From: Waterburya sp.
GTDB taxonomy: Bacteria; Cyanobacteriota; Cyanobacteriia; Cyanobacteriales; Xenococcaceae
Reading direction: 5' to 3'
Length of the DNA stretch: 64,000 bases
NCBI GenBank assembly: GCA_965217895.1
Contig: CBDCJV010000002.1
Location: 4,576,001-4,640,000 of the forward strand
Within the stretch, counting starts at the first letter, position 1. Each line of letters opens with the position of its first letter. Below are positions 31,237 to 40,365 of the stretch, one piece after another. The notes under the pieces were generated by a model that saw only the letters and a list, made by a program, of their open reading frames with translations, searched no databases and was not told the origin of the DNA. The translations under genes and the position numbers were made by a program.

Positions 31237-31341
31237 TAAGTAGGTGGGCGAAATCATTTATAAGATAGCAACATTAACTTTTTGCTCTGACCTCTGACCT
31301 CTATCAAATCCATTTTATATTTAATTACACTTACCCACTTA
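31237..31341. mobile_element. MITE, TAAGTAGGTGG-ended family, copy 1
   Basis: TAAGTAGGTGGGCGAAAT ... ATTACACTTACCCACTTA; near-identical to 34482..34593. Confidence 0.8.
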
Positions 31342-31440
31342 AGACAAAATCAATATACGCTTGGAATAAGAAGGTTAGCTAAAAAACATCTCTGAGGCTA
31401 AGAGCTAATAGCTGATAGCTAATAGCTAGGGCGAAGCCCT

Positions 31441-32439
31441 TTATTTTTGACCAAAAACATCTCTAATGCGATAAATTGGTCTTCTTTGAGATTCGTGATA
31501 GGTACGCATCAGTAGTTCAGTCACTAAACCAAAGCAAAACAAATTAACCCCAGTTATGACTAGCAACACGGCTAAAATTAATAAAGGGCGATCGCCAATA
31601 TTTTGATTAAAAAACAGTTTTACAATGGTAAGATAAGCACCCATTGCTATGCCCGCAGCCAAAGAAATTACGCCTCCTAAACCAAAGACGTGCATGGGAC
31701 GAGTCAGGAATTTCTTCATAAAGAAGACGGTCAACAAGTCCATTACTACCCGAATTGTTCTACCCAAGCCATATTTACTCTGTCCAAAGCGTCGAGCATG
31801 ATGGCGCACGGGTACTTCTGCTATTCTTGCCCCTTCGATGTATGCTAATGCTGGTAAAAAGCGATGCAGTTCTCCATAAAGGTTCATATCTGCCACTAAT
31901 TCAGAGCGATATGCCTTGAGAGAGCAGCCATAATCATGTAGTCTGACGCCTGTTACCTTAGCAATAATTAGGTTGGCAATTTTGGAAGGAAGCAGTCTGG
32001 TTAATGCTGCATCCTGTCTATTTTTGCGCCAGCCACTAACCAAATCATAGCCTTCATTTAACTTAGCCAGCAGCATCGGAATATCGGCAGGATCGTTTTG
32101 CAAATCGCCGTCTAAAGTTACAATGACTTTTCCCTTTGCCAACCCAAATCCTGCTGCCATCGCTGGAGTTTGACCATAGTTACGCCGTAAAATTACCGCT
32201 TTTAAATCAACACGTTTTTGTGCCAAGTTGGTTAATACCTGAGTTGAACCATCTTTTGAGCCATCGTCCACACAAATTATTTCGTAGCTCAATTGAGTTT
32301 CTCTGACAGAATTGGCGATCGCTTTTACTAATGCTTCTACACTCTCAGCTTCATTATAAATCGGCACAACAACTGATAAATCTAGCTGGGATGAATCTAA
32401 AACGTTAGCAATACGGTTTTCTATAGATGGAGATGGCAT
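31441..32439 (-). CDS. Glycosyltransferase family 2 (polyprenol-phosphate glycosyltransferase, ArnC/GtrB-like)
   Basis: SVVVPIYNE, VDDGSKD, RRNYGQ, DGDLQNDP, two C-terminal TMs. Confidence 0.92.
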   Translation of the reverse strand: MPSPSIENRIANVLDSSQLDLSVVVPIYNEAESVEALVKAIANSVRETQLSYEIICVDDGSKDGSTQVLTNLAQKRVDLKAVILRRNYGQTPAMAAGFGLAKGKVIVTLDGDLQNDPADIPMLLAKLNEGYDLVSGWRKNRQDAALTRLLPSKIANLIIAKVTGVRLHDYGCSLKAYRSELVADMNLYGELHRFLPALAYIEGARIAEVPVRHHARRFGQSKYGLGRTIRVVMDLLTVFFMKKFLTRPMHVFGLGGVISLAAGIAMGAYLTIVKLFFNQNIGDRPLLILAVLLVITGVNLFCFGLVTELLMRTYHESQRRPIYRIRDVFGQK

Positions 32440-32542
32440 AGCAAAATTTAGCTTAGAAACAATGAAAATAAATAACTTTATATATGTCTCATAGATTATC
32501 CAGTATTGAATAGCTCTTGTCACTAAATCAATTTTATTTTAT

Positions 32543-32981
32543 ACGTCCAGCGTGAATTAGGTCTACCGCAATTAATTAGTGAAAACTTTTATAATAAAAG
32601 ATGTTCAATAATTTGCTTTAGGAATAATTGTCACTCTGTAAATTAGGGCAATAAATTTAGTCTGTGAAACAAATATTGTAGCTACACTCTTATACGGAAG
32701 GGGTCTGGGGAAAGTCGTCACGTCCCCAGCAGGCGAGCGACCCCCTAAAGGGTTCAACAGTTTGCTCAACGGGGGGAACCCCCGCAACGCAACTGTCTCA
32801 CCGCGTCGCCGTCAGGCGCAAGCGTCCGACACGAGGGCATCCTAAACGGGAAGCCACGCGGACTTGGGAACGCGCGAGATTGGGGTAGTAGTGGAAAGTT
32901 CCCCCAGGAATAAATCCTGGTTTTCACAGACCAATTTCATTTAGAAGCGAGAATAAGCATTTTTTAATTCACATTAGGCGG
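32543..32981. mobile_element. MITE (ACGTC...GTGAATT ends) with 5-bp TSD and nested GC-rich repeats
   Basis: ACGTCCAGCGTGAATT ... AATTCACATTAGGCGG flanked by TTTAT on both sides; inverted homologue at 35531..35825. Confidence 0.75.
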
Positions 32982-33090
32982 TTTATATCCAATGGTTCGG
33001 ACAAAATTCAATTGTTAACAAAATAATAGCTATCGAAGACCTTTTCGAGTAACGATAAATTAGGTTCTTTAACTGCTCTAACTGCTGATA

Positions 33091-34047
33091 TCAATACTTG
33101 ACCCTGGGATCTAAGACACCATAAACTAAGTCAGCTAATAAATTAAAGAAAACAATTAAAATACCGTAGATAAAGGTAATTGCCATCACCACAGGGGTGT
33201 CACTACGGTAGATAGATTCAATTAATAATGCGCCAATACCAGGGACGCGGAAAACTTGTTCTGTGACTAATGCACCTGTAAAAATAGTGGGAATGTCTAG
33301 AGCAATTAGCGTAACTACAGGAATTAAAGCATTCCGCAATACATGATTTTTAATTACGGCAAATTTACTCAAACCTTTTGATAAAGCGGTTGTGACATAT
33401 TCTTGCTTTAATTCATCCAAAACCGCCGAGCGAATAAAACGCATTAATATTGCTGCATGGTATAACGATAAAACAGCTATGGGCATAATTGACTGTTGGG
33501 CTTGGGTAATAAAACTTCGCCAATCTGTTACCTGTAAAGTGCTGTTAAAAATAAAAGGAAACCAGCGCAGCTTAACACTAAAAATAATGATAAAAAGTAA
33601 GCCTGTAAAAAAAGGCGGAATCGAAAAACCTAAAAAGGCGATTGTCGTGATTACCTGATCCGTCATCGAATAGCGTTTAATTGCTGAAATAATTCCTAGG
33701 GGAAAAGCAATTAATAAACCAATGATATAAGCTATCCCGACAACTAAAAGAGTAGTGGGCAAACGCTGCCATAATAGTTGCGCTACGGGACTTCGACTGT
33801 TAAAAGAATAGCCCATATCGCCATGAATAAATGAGCCAAACCACTTGAAGTAACGAATATAGGCAGGCTGGTCTAAACCCAAAGATCTACGGATATTTTC
33901 TCTCACTTCTGCTGTAATTGCGGGATTTGAAGCAAATTCTCCCAGAGGATCTCCTGGTGCTAACGTCAAAATGGTAAAAATAATCAAACTAATAGCTATG
34001 AGGGTTGGTATAGCTATCAATAATCTTTTGATAAAATATTGACCCAT
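33091..34047 (-). CDS. Peptide/nickel ABC transporter permease (DppB/OppB type)
   Basis: LAPGDP, GLDQP, YVTTALSKGL, HVLRNALIP, LDPRV. Confidence 0.92.
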   Translation of the reverse strand: MGQYFIKRLLIAIPTLIAISLIIFTILTLAPGDPLGEFASNPAITAEVRENIRRSLGLDQPAYIRYFKWFGSFIHGDMGYSFNSRSPVAQLLWQRLPTTLLVVGIAYIIGLLIAFPLGIISAIKRYSMTDQVITTIAFLGFSIPPFFTGLLFIIIFSVKLRWFPFIFNSTLQVTDWRSFITQAQQSIMPIAVLSLYHAAILMRFIRSAVLDELKQEYVTTALSKGLSKFAVIKNHVLRNALIPVVTLIALDIPTIFTGALVTEQVFRVPGIGALLIESIYRSDTPVVMAITFIYGILIVFFNLLADLVYGVLDPRVKY

Positions 34048-34059
34048 ATATTAATTATC

Positions 34060-34263
34060 GGCGTTGGTGATTTTGTGTATGATGTACAAAACGCTTAGTG
34101 TGAATTAGCTTCGCTCTAATTTACTAGTTTTTAGCTATTAGCGCGAACTGGAGTTCGCCGACTTGCCAAGGGCAAGGCGAGGCTTTCCAAAGCCTGCTAT
34201 TAGCTTTTTCAATTTAATCTCAGATATTAATGTTTAAAAATCATACCCTGATTCACCAACGCC
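34060..34263. mobile_element. MITE with about 24-bp TIRs and perfect 8-bp TSD
   Basis: GGCGTTGGTGATTTTGTGTATGAT ... ATCATACCCTGATTCACCAACGCC; TAATTATC at 34052-34059 and 34264-34271. Confidence 0.85.
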
Positions 34264-34481
34264 TAATTATCAAGCATAAGGTAAAGTAGCGATTGTCTTG
34301 AATGTCGGTCTATTAATATTAATGTGGTTTTTTAATTAAAGCGATCGCCCTAAGCAGCAATTTGACAATAAGAATTGCTATCTAGCTAGCGGACAAAGGC
34401 GCACCTCCGCATATATGCTGACAAGCGCAAAGACGTAAAGAAATTGAAAGATGTTATCTATGATTCGATTGCTATATCAAT

Positions 34482-34593
34482 TAAGTAGGTGGGCGAAATC
34501 ATTTATAAGATACAAACATTAACTTTTTGCCCTGACCTCTGACCTCTGACCTCTATCAAATCCATTTTATATTTAATTACACCTACCCACTTA
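34482..34593. mobile_element. MITE, TAAGTAGGTGG-ended family, copy 2
   Basis: Near-identical to 31237..31341 with one extra TGACCTC unit. Confidence 0.8.
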
Positions 34594-34598
34594 TCAAT

Positions 34599-35261
34599 TT
34601 AGCCATTGGCTTTTTTAGCTTTAAATTCTAACAAGTTAACCTGTTTTTGCAAATCTTTATTTTCGGTTTTAAGAAAAGCAAGTTTTTTCTGCGCTCGACG
34701 AAAATGACCTTTATATGCACCCAAACTTTTATTGCTTATGCCTAATTTTTCACGACGCTTTTTCTCTTGCGTAAACTGACGCTGCAACTTTTTATAGGCT
34801 GTTTGTAATTCTTGCAAGCCACCTTTGCATTCGGTTTTAAGTTTTTTTAATTCGCGATCGCGTGTTGCAACCATTTTATTTAAACAACTAAGTTTAACTA
34901 ACATTTGTCGATCATAATTATTATCTTTCACTTTATCAATTAAGCCCTGATAACTATTATGTATCCATTCGTGTTGAGCTTTAAAAGCCCTTCTAGTAAC
35001 TTCGTATTTAATCGTATTTAAAACTGCTTCTTTATAAATTCCTTTGTGTTTAGCTTTAATTTCAATTAATAGTCGGTCGTAATTAGTAGCGTTATGGCGG
35101 AGACTATCACAATTAGCTTCAATATACTTGACGCGATCGCCTGTATTAGAATCAACAATATGGGCATCTGCACCCTCTCCCCGCGGAGGATGGCAGACAA
35201 TACGATCTTTCCAACTTTGAATAACTTCTTGCAGAGTAAATTGTTGAGTATCAATATTCAT
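34599..35261 (-). CDS. Uncharacterised protein: conserved N-domain plus coiled coil (paralog of 43460..44260)
   Basis: 220-aa ORF sharing NCDxLRHxATNYD and KEAVLNTIKYExTRRAFKxQHEWI with the paralog. Confidence 0.8.
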   Translation of the reverse strand: MNIDTQQFTLQEVIQSWKDRIVCHPPRGEGADAHIVDSNTGDRVKYIEANCDSLRHNATNYDRLLIEIKAKHKGIYKEAVLNTIKYEVTRRAFKAQHEWIHNSYQGLIDKVKDNNYDRQMLVKLSCLNKMVATRDRELKKLKTECKGGLQELQTAYKKLQRQFTQEKKRREKLGISNKSLGAYKGHFRRAQKKLAFLKTENKDLQKQVNLLEFKAKKANG

Positions 35262-35469
35262 TTGTAATTAAACCAATAATAGTTAATAAAAATAAAACTA
35301 AGACTAATTTTTGAAAACAGGACAAAAAGTTGTGACAATTAAGAATAAATAAAGCTCGATTGTCACAGCAGGCTTCGCCCGTTGGTCAGTATCAATTATT
35401 TAGTCACGTCAGTTTTAACAAGCAAACTTTAAATACGCCACCGTAATTAACCTGAGCGTCCAAATTAGT

Positions 35470-35846
35470 TAAGTAGGTGGGTAAAATTAATTAGAATTAC
35501 TATAAAATCTTGCTTATTCGGCTATATATTACGTCTAATGTGAATTAAAGAAACTGATTTTTCTATTTTTATTCAAAATTTGTCTGTAAAAACCAAAATA
35601 TAATACTGGGGGAACTTTCCCCCAGACCCCCTGTTGGGGACGTAACGACCCTCCCCAAACCCCTTCCGTAAACATTAATCATGATTTCACTCATCAGTTA
35701 ATTTCTAATTATCTTAGATGAAGAATTGAATCTGCTTAAGTTAGGTTCTCAGAAAAATCTTTATTTCTCTGAAAATATTGGACTTTTTATAAGCTGATAG
35801 TCAAAAAGTCAATTCACATTGGCGTATATTTAATTCTGCCTACTTA
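35470..35846. mobile_element. TAAGTAGG-family MITE containing a second MITE (35531..35825, TSD ATATT)
   Basis: Outer TAAGTAGGTGGGTAAAATTAA ... TTAATTCTGCCTACTTA; inner ACGTCTAATGTGAATT ... AATTCACATTGGCGT. Confidence 0.72.
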
Positions 35847-35863
35847 TTTAAGCCAGCAACGCC

Positions 35864-38128
35864 TTAAATTCTATCGATGGTGCAGTGCATAATTGTGACG
35901 GTTCTCACAATTTGATTTAGCTCAGTGGCGATTGGCGTATGTGTTCGGACTGCCTGCAAAGTAGGCGTTGCCGTAACGGGATATGTGGCAATCTCAGAGA
36001 TGCGAGTGGTGTGTAGTTCATTAATGCGATCGCAAATAGCCGAGAGATATTTATCCAAGGGTGGTAAGGGCTGAAGCTTTTGCCCTCCATTGAGCGTATC
36101 GGCTAGATTATTTAATACCTGCTCGATTGCGTCGGTCAAATGTTCGACCCCAGCAAGTCGATCTGCGCCGTTAACTTTTTTTGTATGTTCGCTCAGAGTA
36201 GTCACTGAGATAAACAAGCTACGGGTATACATCATCAGTGTTATGACCGGCTCAATCTCGCCTCGAACATGACGGGGTTCACTAAATAATCTTTGGGCAG
36301 CGGCTTCGGCGTTAGCATTTTCTAAGGCTGCCTGATGACGTAATCGAGGCAGAGAACTTTCAACAGCTCCATCTTCTGCGTGTAAGTATTCATCGATTAC
36401 GACTTGAAAATAAGCTAAATTAGCTCTAATGGTTCGTTCTAGCTGCGCGGGAAGCCGTTGCCGTTCCCAGCTAGGAAAAAGTAGATAGCTGCCCAAAAGT
36501 GCTAGTAAACCTCCAATTAAACTATCAGCAATTCTGACAATTCCCAGTTGCCAGTTGCCGACTCCAAAAGCGTTGAGTAGTAGGATAATTATAGGCGTGA
36601 GCAGCGTAATAAAAAGGCTGTAGCTAAGAGAACGCAAAGATACAGCAGTAAACATCAGTAGCAAAATTAATAGGGCAATCTCGACAGGATTGTGGATCAG
36701 CACCGCTAAAACAATGCCGAGCATACCGCCAACAAAAGTGCCGAGAACTCTTTGCACTGTCCTCTGAAAAGTTCCTCCAAAGTTAGGCTTTAGGGCAATT
36801 AGGGCGGTCAGGGTAATCCAATAGCCTTTAGGTATGGGTGATACATAGGCAATTAACTGGGCGATCGCTACCACTGCTGCTAGGCGTAAAGCATGACGTA
36901 AAGTAACCGAGCGAAAAGTGAAGTTGCTTTTAATTGTATCTAACCAAGAAAAAGGTTCTGGCTGTGTTAAAAAGAATTTTGATCTGGTATGGCTTAAGGT
37001 CAAATCTGTGGCGATTTTTGCATCAACATGAATCTGCTCCGATAGTTCGACTAAGCTGGTTACTATCTTGCGCAGATTGACTAAACCTGCATATTCATCA
37101 GCCTGAATTTCAATCGCTTGCTCATAAACCTGATGGCGTAATCTTTGCCATTGATACTCTAGGGCTTCTATGCCCCGCTCCAAATCTTCTAAAGGTATAA
37201 ATTTTCGGTTTTTCTTGAGGGCAGTCGAAAATCTTTGTAAACTGACAGCAATTTGTTCTGTTACCTGCTCTATTTCTGATTGTAAGTAATTGAATAAAGG
37301 ATTTCGTAAGGCGATCGCCTTGAGTTCTACTAAAGCAACTAAAGAATTGATAGTTTGATTAGCACCTTCAATTGACCCCAGTAGTTGATTTCCTCTAGGA
37401 CTGTCTGCTTTTTCCCTAGTCCAAACCGATGTCCAAATACTACGGGCAGAAGCTAAATTTTGAGTTACTGTATCTTGTGCCTGTAAGAATTGTTTGATCC
37501 AGTCTTCTTGCTTTGGTGAAAAAGATGTTCTTTCACCTGCCAAATAAGCCAGCTTGCTCAAAGCCAAATAGCAATCGGCAACTGCCTGTACCACAGGTGT
37601 GTGTGGACGCACTATCCACAAAGCTGAAGATAATGCCATTGCCCAGAGTCCGCCAGCAAAGCAAAGCAAGCATTGTTCGAGTATCGTAGCTAGATTGGGA
37701 AATGAAGAAAATCTAGCCAAGGCGATCACAAACATGATCGAAGTAGCAAAGCTAGCCCCTGTCATTGCCGACCCAAACAGACTAGCTAAACCAAGCAAAA
37801 AAATGACTACGAAAGTGATGACAATAGTTAGCCAAAAGCTACCGCTCACCAAATTGGCGATTAGCAAAGCAAGGGTGATACCAACCGTTGCAATTCCCCT
37901 TGCCGTAACTTGATGACGATAAGTTCCGCTTACGGGGACTATTTCAACCGAGAAAGCTGCAATTGTTGGGATGACACCGATCTTTGGCTGACCTAGAATA
38001 AACCCAACTGCAAGAGGACCACCTAATACTAAAAGCATCCAAGCTCCACGAATGAAATCAGGCTTGCCTGGATTGATTGGAAACTGCCGCTGCAACCAGT
38101 TGAGAAGACCTTGATTTTGAGAAGGCAT
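35864..38128 (-). CDS. FUSC / YccS family membrane protein
   Basis: Two TM clusters; RHALRLA, GYWITLT...LKP, QRVLGT. Confidence 0.88.
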   Translation of the reverse strand: MPSQNQGLLNWLQRQFPINPGKPDFIRGAWMLLVLGGPLAVGFILGQPKIGVIPTIAAFSVEIVPVSGTYRHQVTARGIATVGITLALLIANLVSGSFWLTIVITFVVIFLLGLASLFGSAMTGASFATSIMFVIALARFSSFPNLATILEQCLLCFAGGLWAMALSSALWIVRPHTPVVQAVADCYLALSKLAYLAGERTSFSPKQEDWIKQFLQAQDTVTQNLASARSIWTSVWTREKADSPRGNQLLGSIEGANQTINSLVALVELKAIALRNPLFNYLQSEIEQVTEQIAVSLQRFSTALKKNRKFIPLEDLERGIEALEYQWQRLRHQVYEQAIEIQADEYAGLVNLRKIVTSLVELSEQIHVDAKIATDLTLSHTRSKFFLTQPEPFSWLDTIKSNFTFRSVTLRHALRLAAVVAIAQLIAYVSPIPKGYWITLTALIALKPNFGGTFQRTVQRVLGTFVGGMLGIVLAVLIHNPVEIALLILLLMFTAVSLRSLSYSLFITLLTPIIILLLNAFGVGNWQLGIVRIADSLIGGLLALLGSYLLFPSWERQRLPAQLERTIRANLAYFQVVIDEYLHAEDGAVESSLPRLRHQAALENANAEAAAQRLFSEPRHVRGEIEPVITLMMYTRSLFISVTTLSEHTKKVNGADRLAGVEHLTDAIEQVLNNLADTLNGGQKLQPLPPLDKYLSAICDRINELHTTRISEIATYPVTATPTLQAVRTHTPIATELNQIVRTVTIMHCTIDRI

Positions 38129-38155
38129 AGCTAGGCAGAAATTTCCCTAATTATA

Positions 38156-38632
38156 TTAAACACCCAGATCTTCCATAGCTAAACGAATTTGCTCAATCCG
38201 TCGGCGGTTGACTCCTAAATCTGACTCTCCTACCCGTGCAGCAGATCTGACTTGAATCACGTTTTCGTCTTCAGGAAAATAAAATTCGGCATCATCCACA
38301 AATTTAAAAATACGGCTGGTAGATTCAGCATGAATATAATTATCTGAATCTTCGATAACTTCGGTACGAGGAACGACAGATAATACTTTTAATAAAGTTT
38401 CTTTAGCCGTAGCGCGATCGCTATTATAAGCAATAGGCTTAACTGCGTGTTTCTCATCACCATCTTGACTGACAACACAATTAGGCGAACTAGGACAAGC
38501 AGCTAAATGACCATCATCTAAGCCAATGGCTGCCAAAGCCGAGGCAGTAAAGATTAAACTGCTAGATAGGGTAATAATAATACCAATGATAATTGAGATA
38601 AAACCAGACACAATCAATTCACTCTCTAACAA
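38156..38632 (-). CDS. DUF1499 family protein
   Basis: LAACPSSPNCVVSQ, FKFVDDAEF, RSAARVGESDLGVNRRR. Confidence 0.9.
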   Translation of the reverse strand: MLESELIVSGFISIIIGIIITLSSSLIFTASALAAIGLDDGHLAACPSSPNCVVSQDGDEKHAVKPIAYNSDRATAKETLLKVLSVVPRTEVIEDSDNYIHAESTSRIFKFVDDAEFYFPEDENVIQVRSAARVGESDLGVNRRRIEQIRLAMEDLGV

Positions 38633-38798
38633 AATACTCTTTTACTATAGATTGATTCTTAACTTTTATTAGGCTATTTGCAACGATATGGGTCAAATTA
38701 GTAAATAGTAATCGGCGATCGCATAACCAAAATTAGATTTGGCTTCTTGTCTGCAAAATAAGCTAACATTCTATGGGAATTGTTACATTACAGAGTTT

Positions 38799-40193
38799 AT
38801 GCCTAAAGGCGAAATTATTGGATTAGGAAGATCGGGAATTGCTGCTGCAAGATTACTAAATAAAGACGGTTGGCAAGTCACTCTAGTAGATTCGGCAACA
38901 GAAGAACAGATCGCTTCTAGATCTAACGCGCTTCAACTACAAGCAGCACAACAAAAGTTGATCGCCGAAGGAGTTAGAGTTCAGCTAAATAGCAGTCTGA
39001 CTCTAGAATCTTCAGATGCAGCAGATCTAATCGTCGTTAGCCCTGGTGTCCCCTGGGATACCTCCAGCTTAGCCAAAGCCAGAAAACAGGGTATCGAAAC
39101 TATTGGCGAAATTGAATTGGCTTGGCGTTATTTAAATAAGATTCCTTGGGTTGGTATTACGGGAACTAACGGCAAAACTACAACTACAGCTTTGATTGCA
39201 GCAATATTTCAGGCTGCGGGTTTCAATGCCCCTGCCTGTGGCAACATTGGCAATGCTGCTTGTGAATTAGCAATTCAAAACTTTGATGCTGCTAACTCCA
39301 AAGCTTTTGATTGGATTATTGCTGAATTAAGCAGTTATCAAATTGAATCCACTGTGGAATTAACACCGCAAATCGCTGTTTTTACTACCTTCACTGCCGA
39401 TCATCTCGATCGCCATAAAACTTTAGAGAATTATTATCAAATCAAAGCTTCTCTACTTCGTCGCTGTAAGCAAAAAATTATCAATGGAGACGATCGCTTT
39501 TTAGAACAGGCAGGATTAGAATTGGGTAAAGATGTTATCTGGACAAGTGTTAAAGGCAAAGATACTTTCCGAGATCATCGCCGTTTAGAAGTCTATCTTG
39601 AAGATGGTTGGATTGTAGCCTTTGGCGAACTTATTGCCCCTGTATCCCTGTTTAAAATGCCAGGGAAGCATAATCTACAAAATCTCTTGGTAGCTGTAGC
39701 AGCAGCAAAATTGGCGGGAATTGAAAAAAAGGCGATTGCTCAGGCTATAACTTCTTTTCCTGGAGTGGAACATCGCCTCGAATATATTTGCACCCATCAA
39801 GGAATTAAATTTATCAACGACAGCAAAGCCACAAACTACGATGCAGCAGAGGTAGGTTTAAACTCTCTTAATGCACCTGTAATTTTGATTGCAGGTGGGC
39901 AAGCCAAAACAGGAGATGATACAGCTTGGATTGATATCATTAAAGCTAAGGCTGCTACAGTAATGCTTATTGGCGAAGCAGCACCAGCTTTCGCCAAAAG
40001 ATTGAGAGATCGCAATTATCATAATTATCAAATCGTCGAAACTATGGAAAATGCGGTAAATCAAAGTATTACCCTAGCTCAAAAGCAACAGGCAAAGGTT
40101 GTTTTACTTTCTCCCGCCTGCGCTAGCTTCGATCAATATCTTAGCTTTGAGGCAAGAGGGGATCATTTTCGGCAATTGTGTTTAGCATTATAA
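38799..40193 (+). CDS. murD: UDP-N-acetylmuramoyl-L-alanine--D-glutamate ligase
   Basis: GLGRSG, GITGTNGKTTT, ELSSYQ, NDSKATN, SPACASFDQ. Confidence 0.97.
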   Translation: MPKGEIIGLGRSGIAAARLLNKDGWQVTLVDSATEEQIASRSNALQLQAAQQKLIAEGVRVQLNSSLTLESSDAADLIVVSPGVPWDTSSLAKARKQGIETIGEIELAWRYLNKIPWVGITGTNGKTTTTALIAAIFQAAGFNAPACGNIGNAACELAIQNFDAANSKAFDWIIAELSSYQIESTVELTPQIAVFTTFTADHLDRHKTLENYYQIKASLLRRCKQKIINGDDRFLEQAGLELGKDVIWTSVKGKDTFRDHRRLEVYLEDGWIVAFGELIAPVSLFKMPGKHNLQNLLVAVAAAKLAGIEKKAIAQAITSFPGVEHRLEYICTHQGIKFINDSKATNYDAAEVGLNSLNAPVILIAGGQAKTGDDTAWIDIIKAKAATVMLIGEAAPAFAKRLRDRNYHNYQIVETMENAVNQSITLAQKQQAKVVLLSPACASFDQYLSFEARGDHFRQLCLAL

Positions 40194-40365
40194 AAAGTAA
40201 AGAAATAAACCCTTGCTAATTACCAAAAGCGTACTGTTAATTAAAGATTCATCAACAAACGCGGAATGGTTTTGATCGTTGATAATTCCTAGTTTCTTAA
40301 AAGTTACTAATTGCTACAAACTAATAAATTCGAGCAAAGCTAATTTATATCAAGCGTAATTAATT

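Noticed and set aside
32605..32787. Short ORFs in repeat clusters (also 49486..49677, 60036..60254, 60061..60261)
   Set aside because: They arise from GC-rich palindromic repeats poor in stop codons; no coding signature.
30960..35850. Repeat-rich intergenic regions as a possible CRISPR array
   Set aside because: No constant-length repeats with unique spacers and no cas genes; explained by MITEs, micro-repeats and heptamers.
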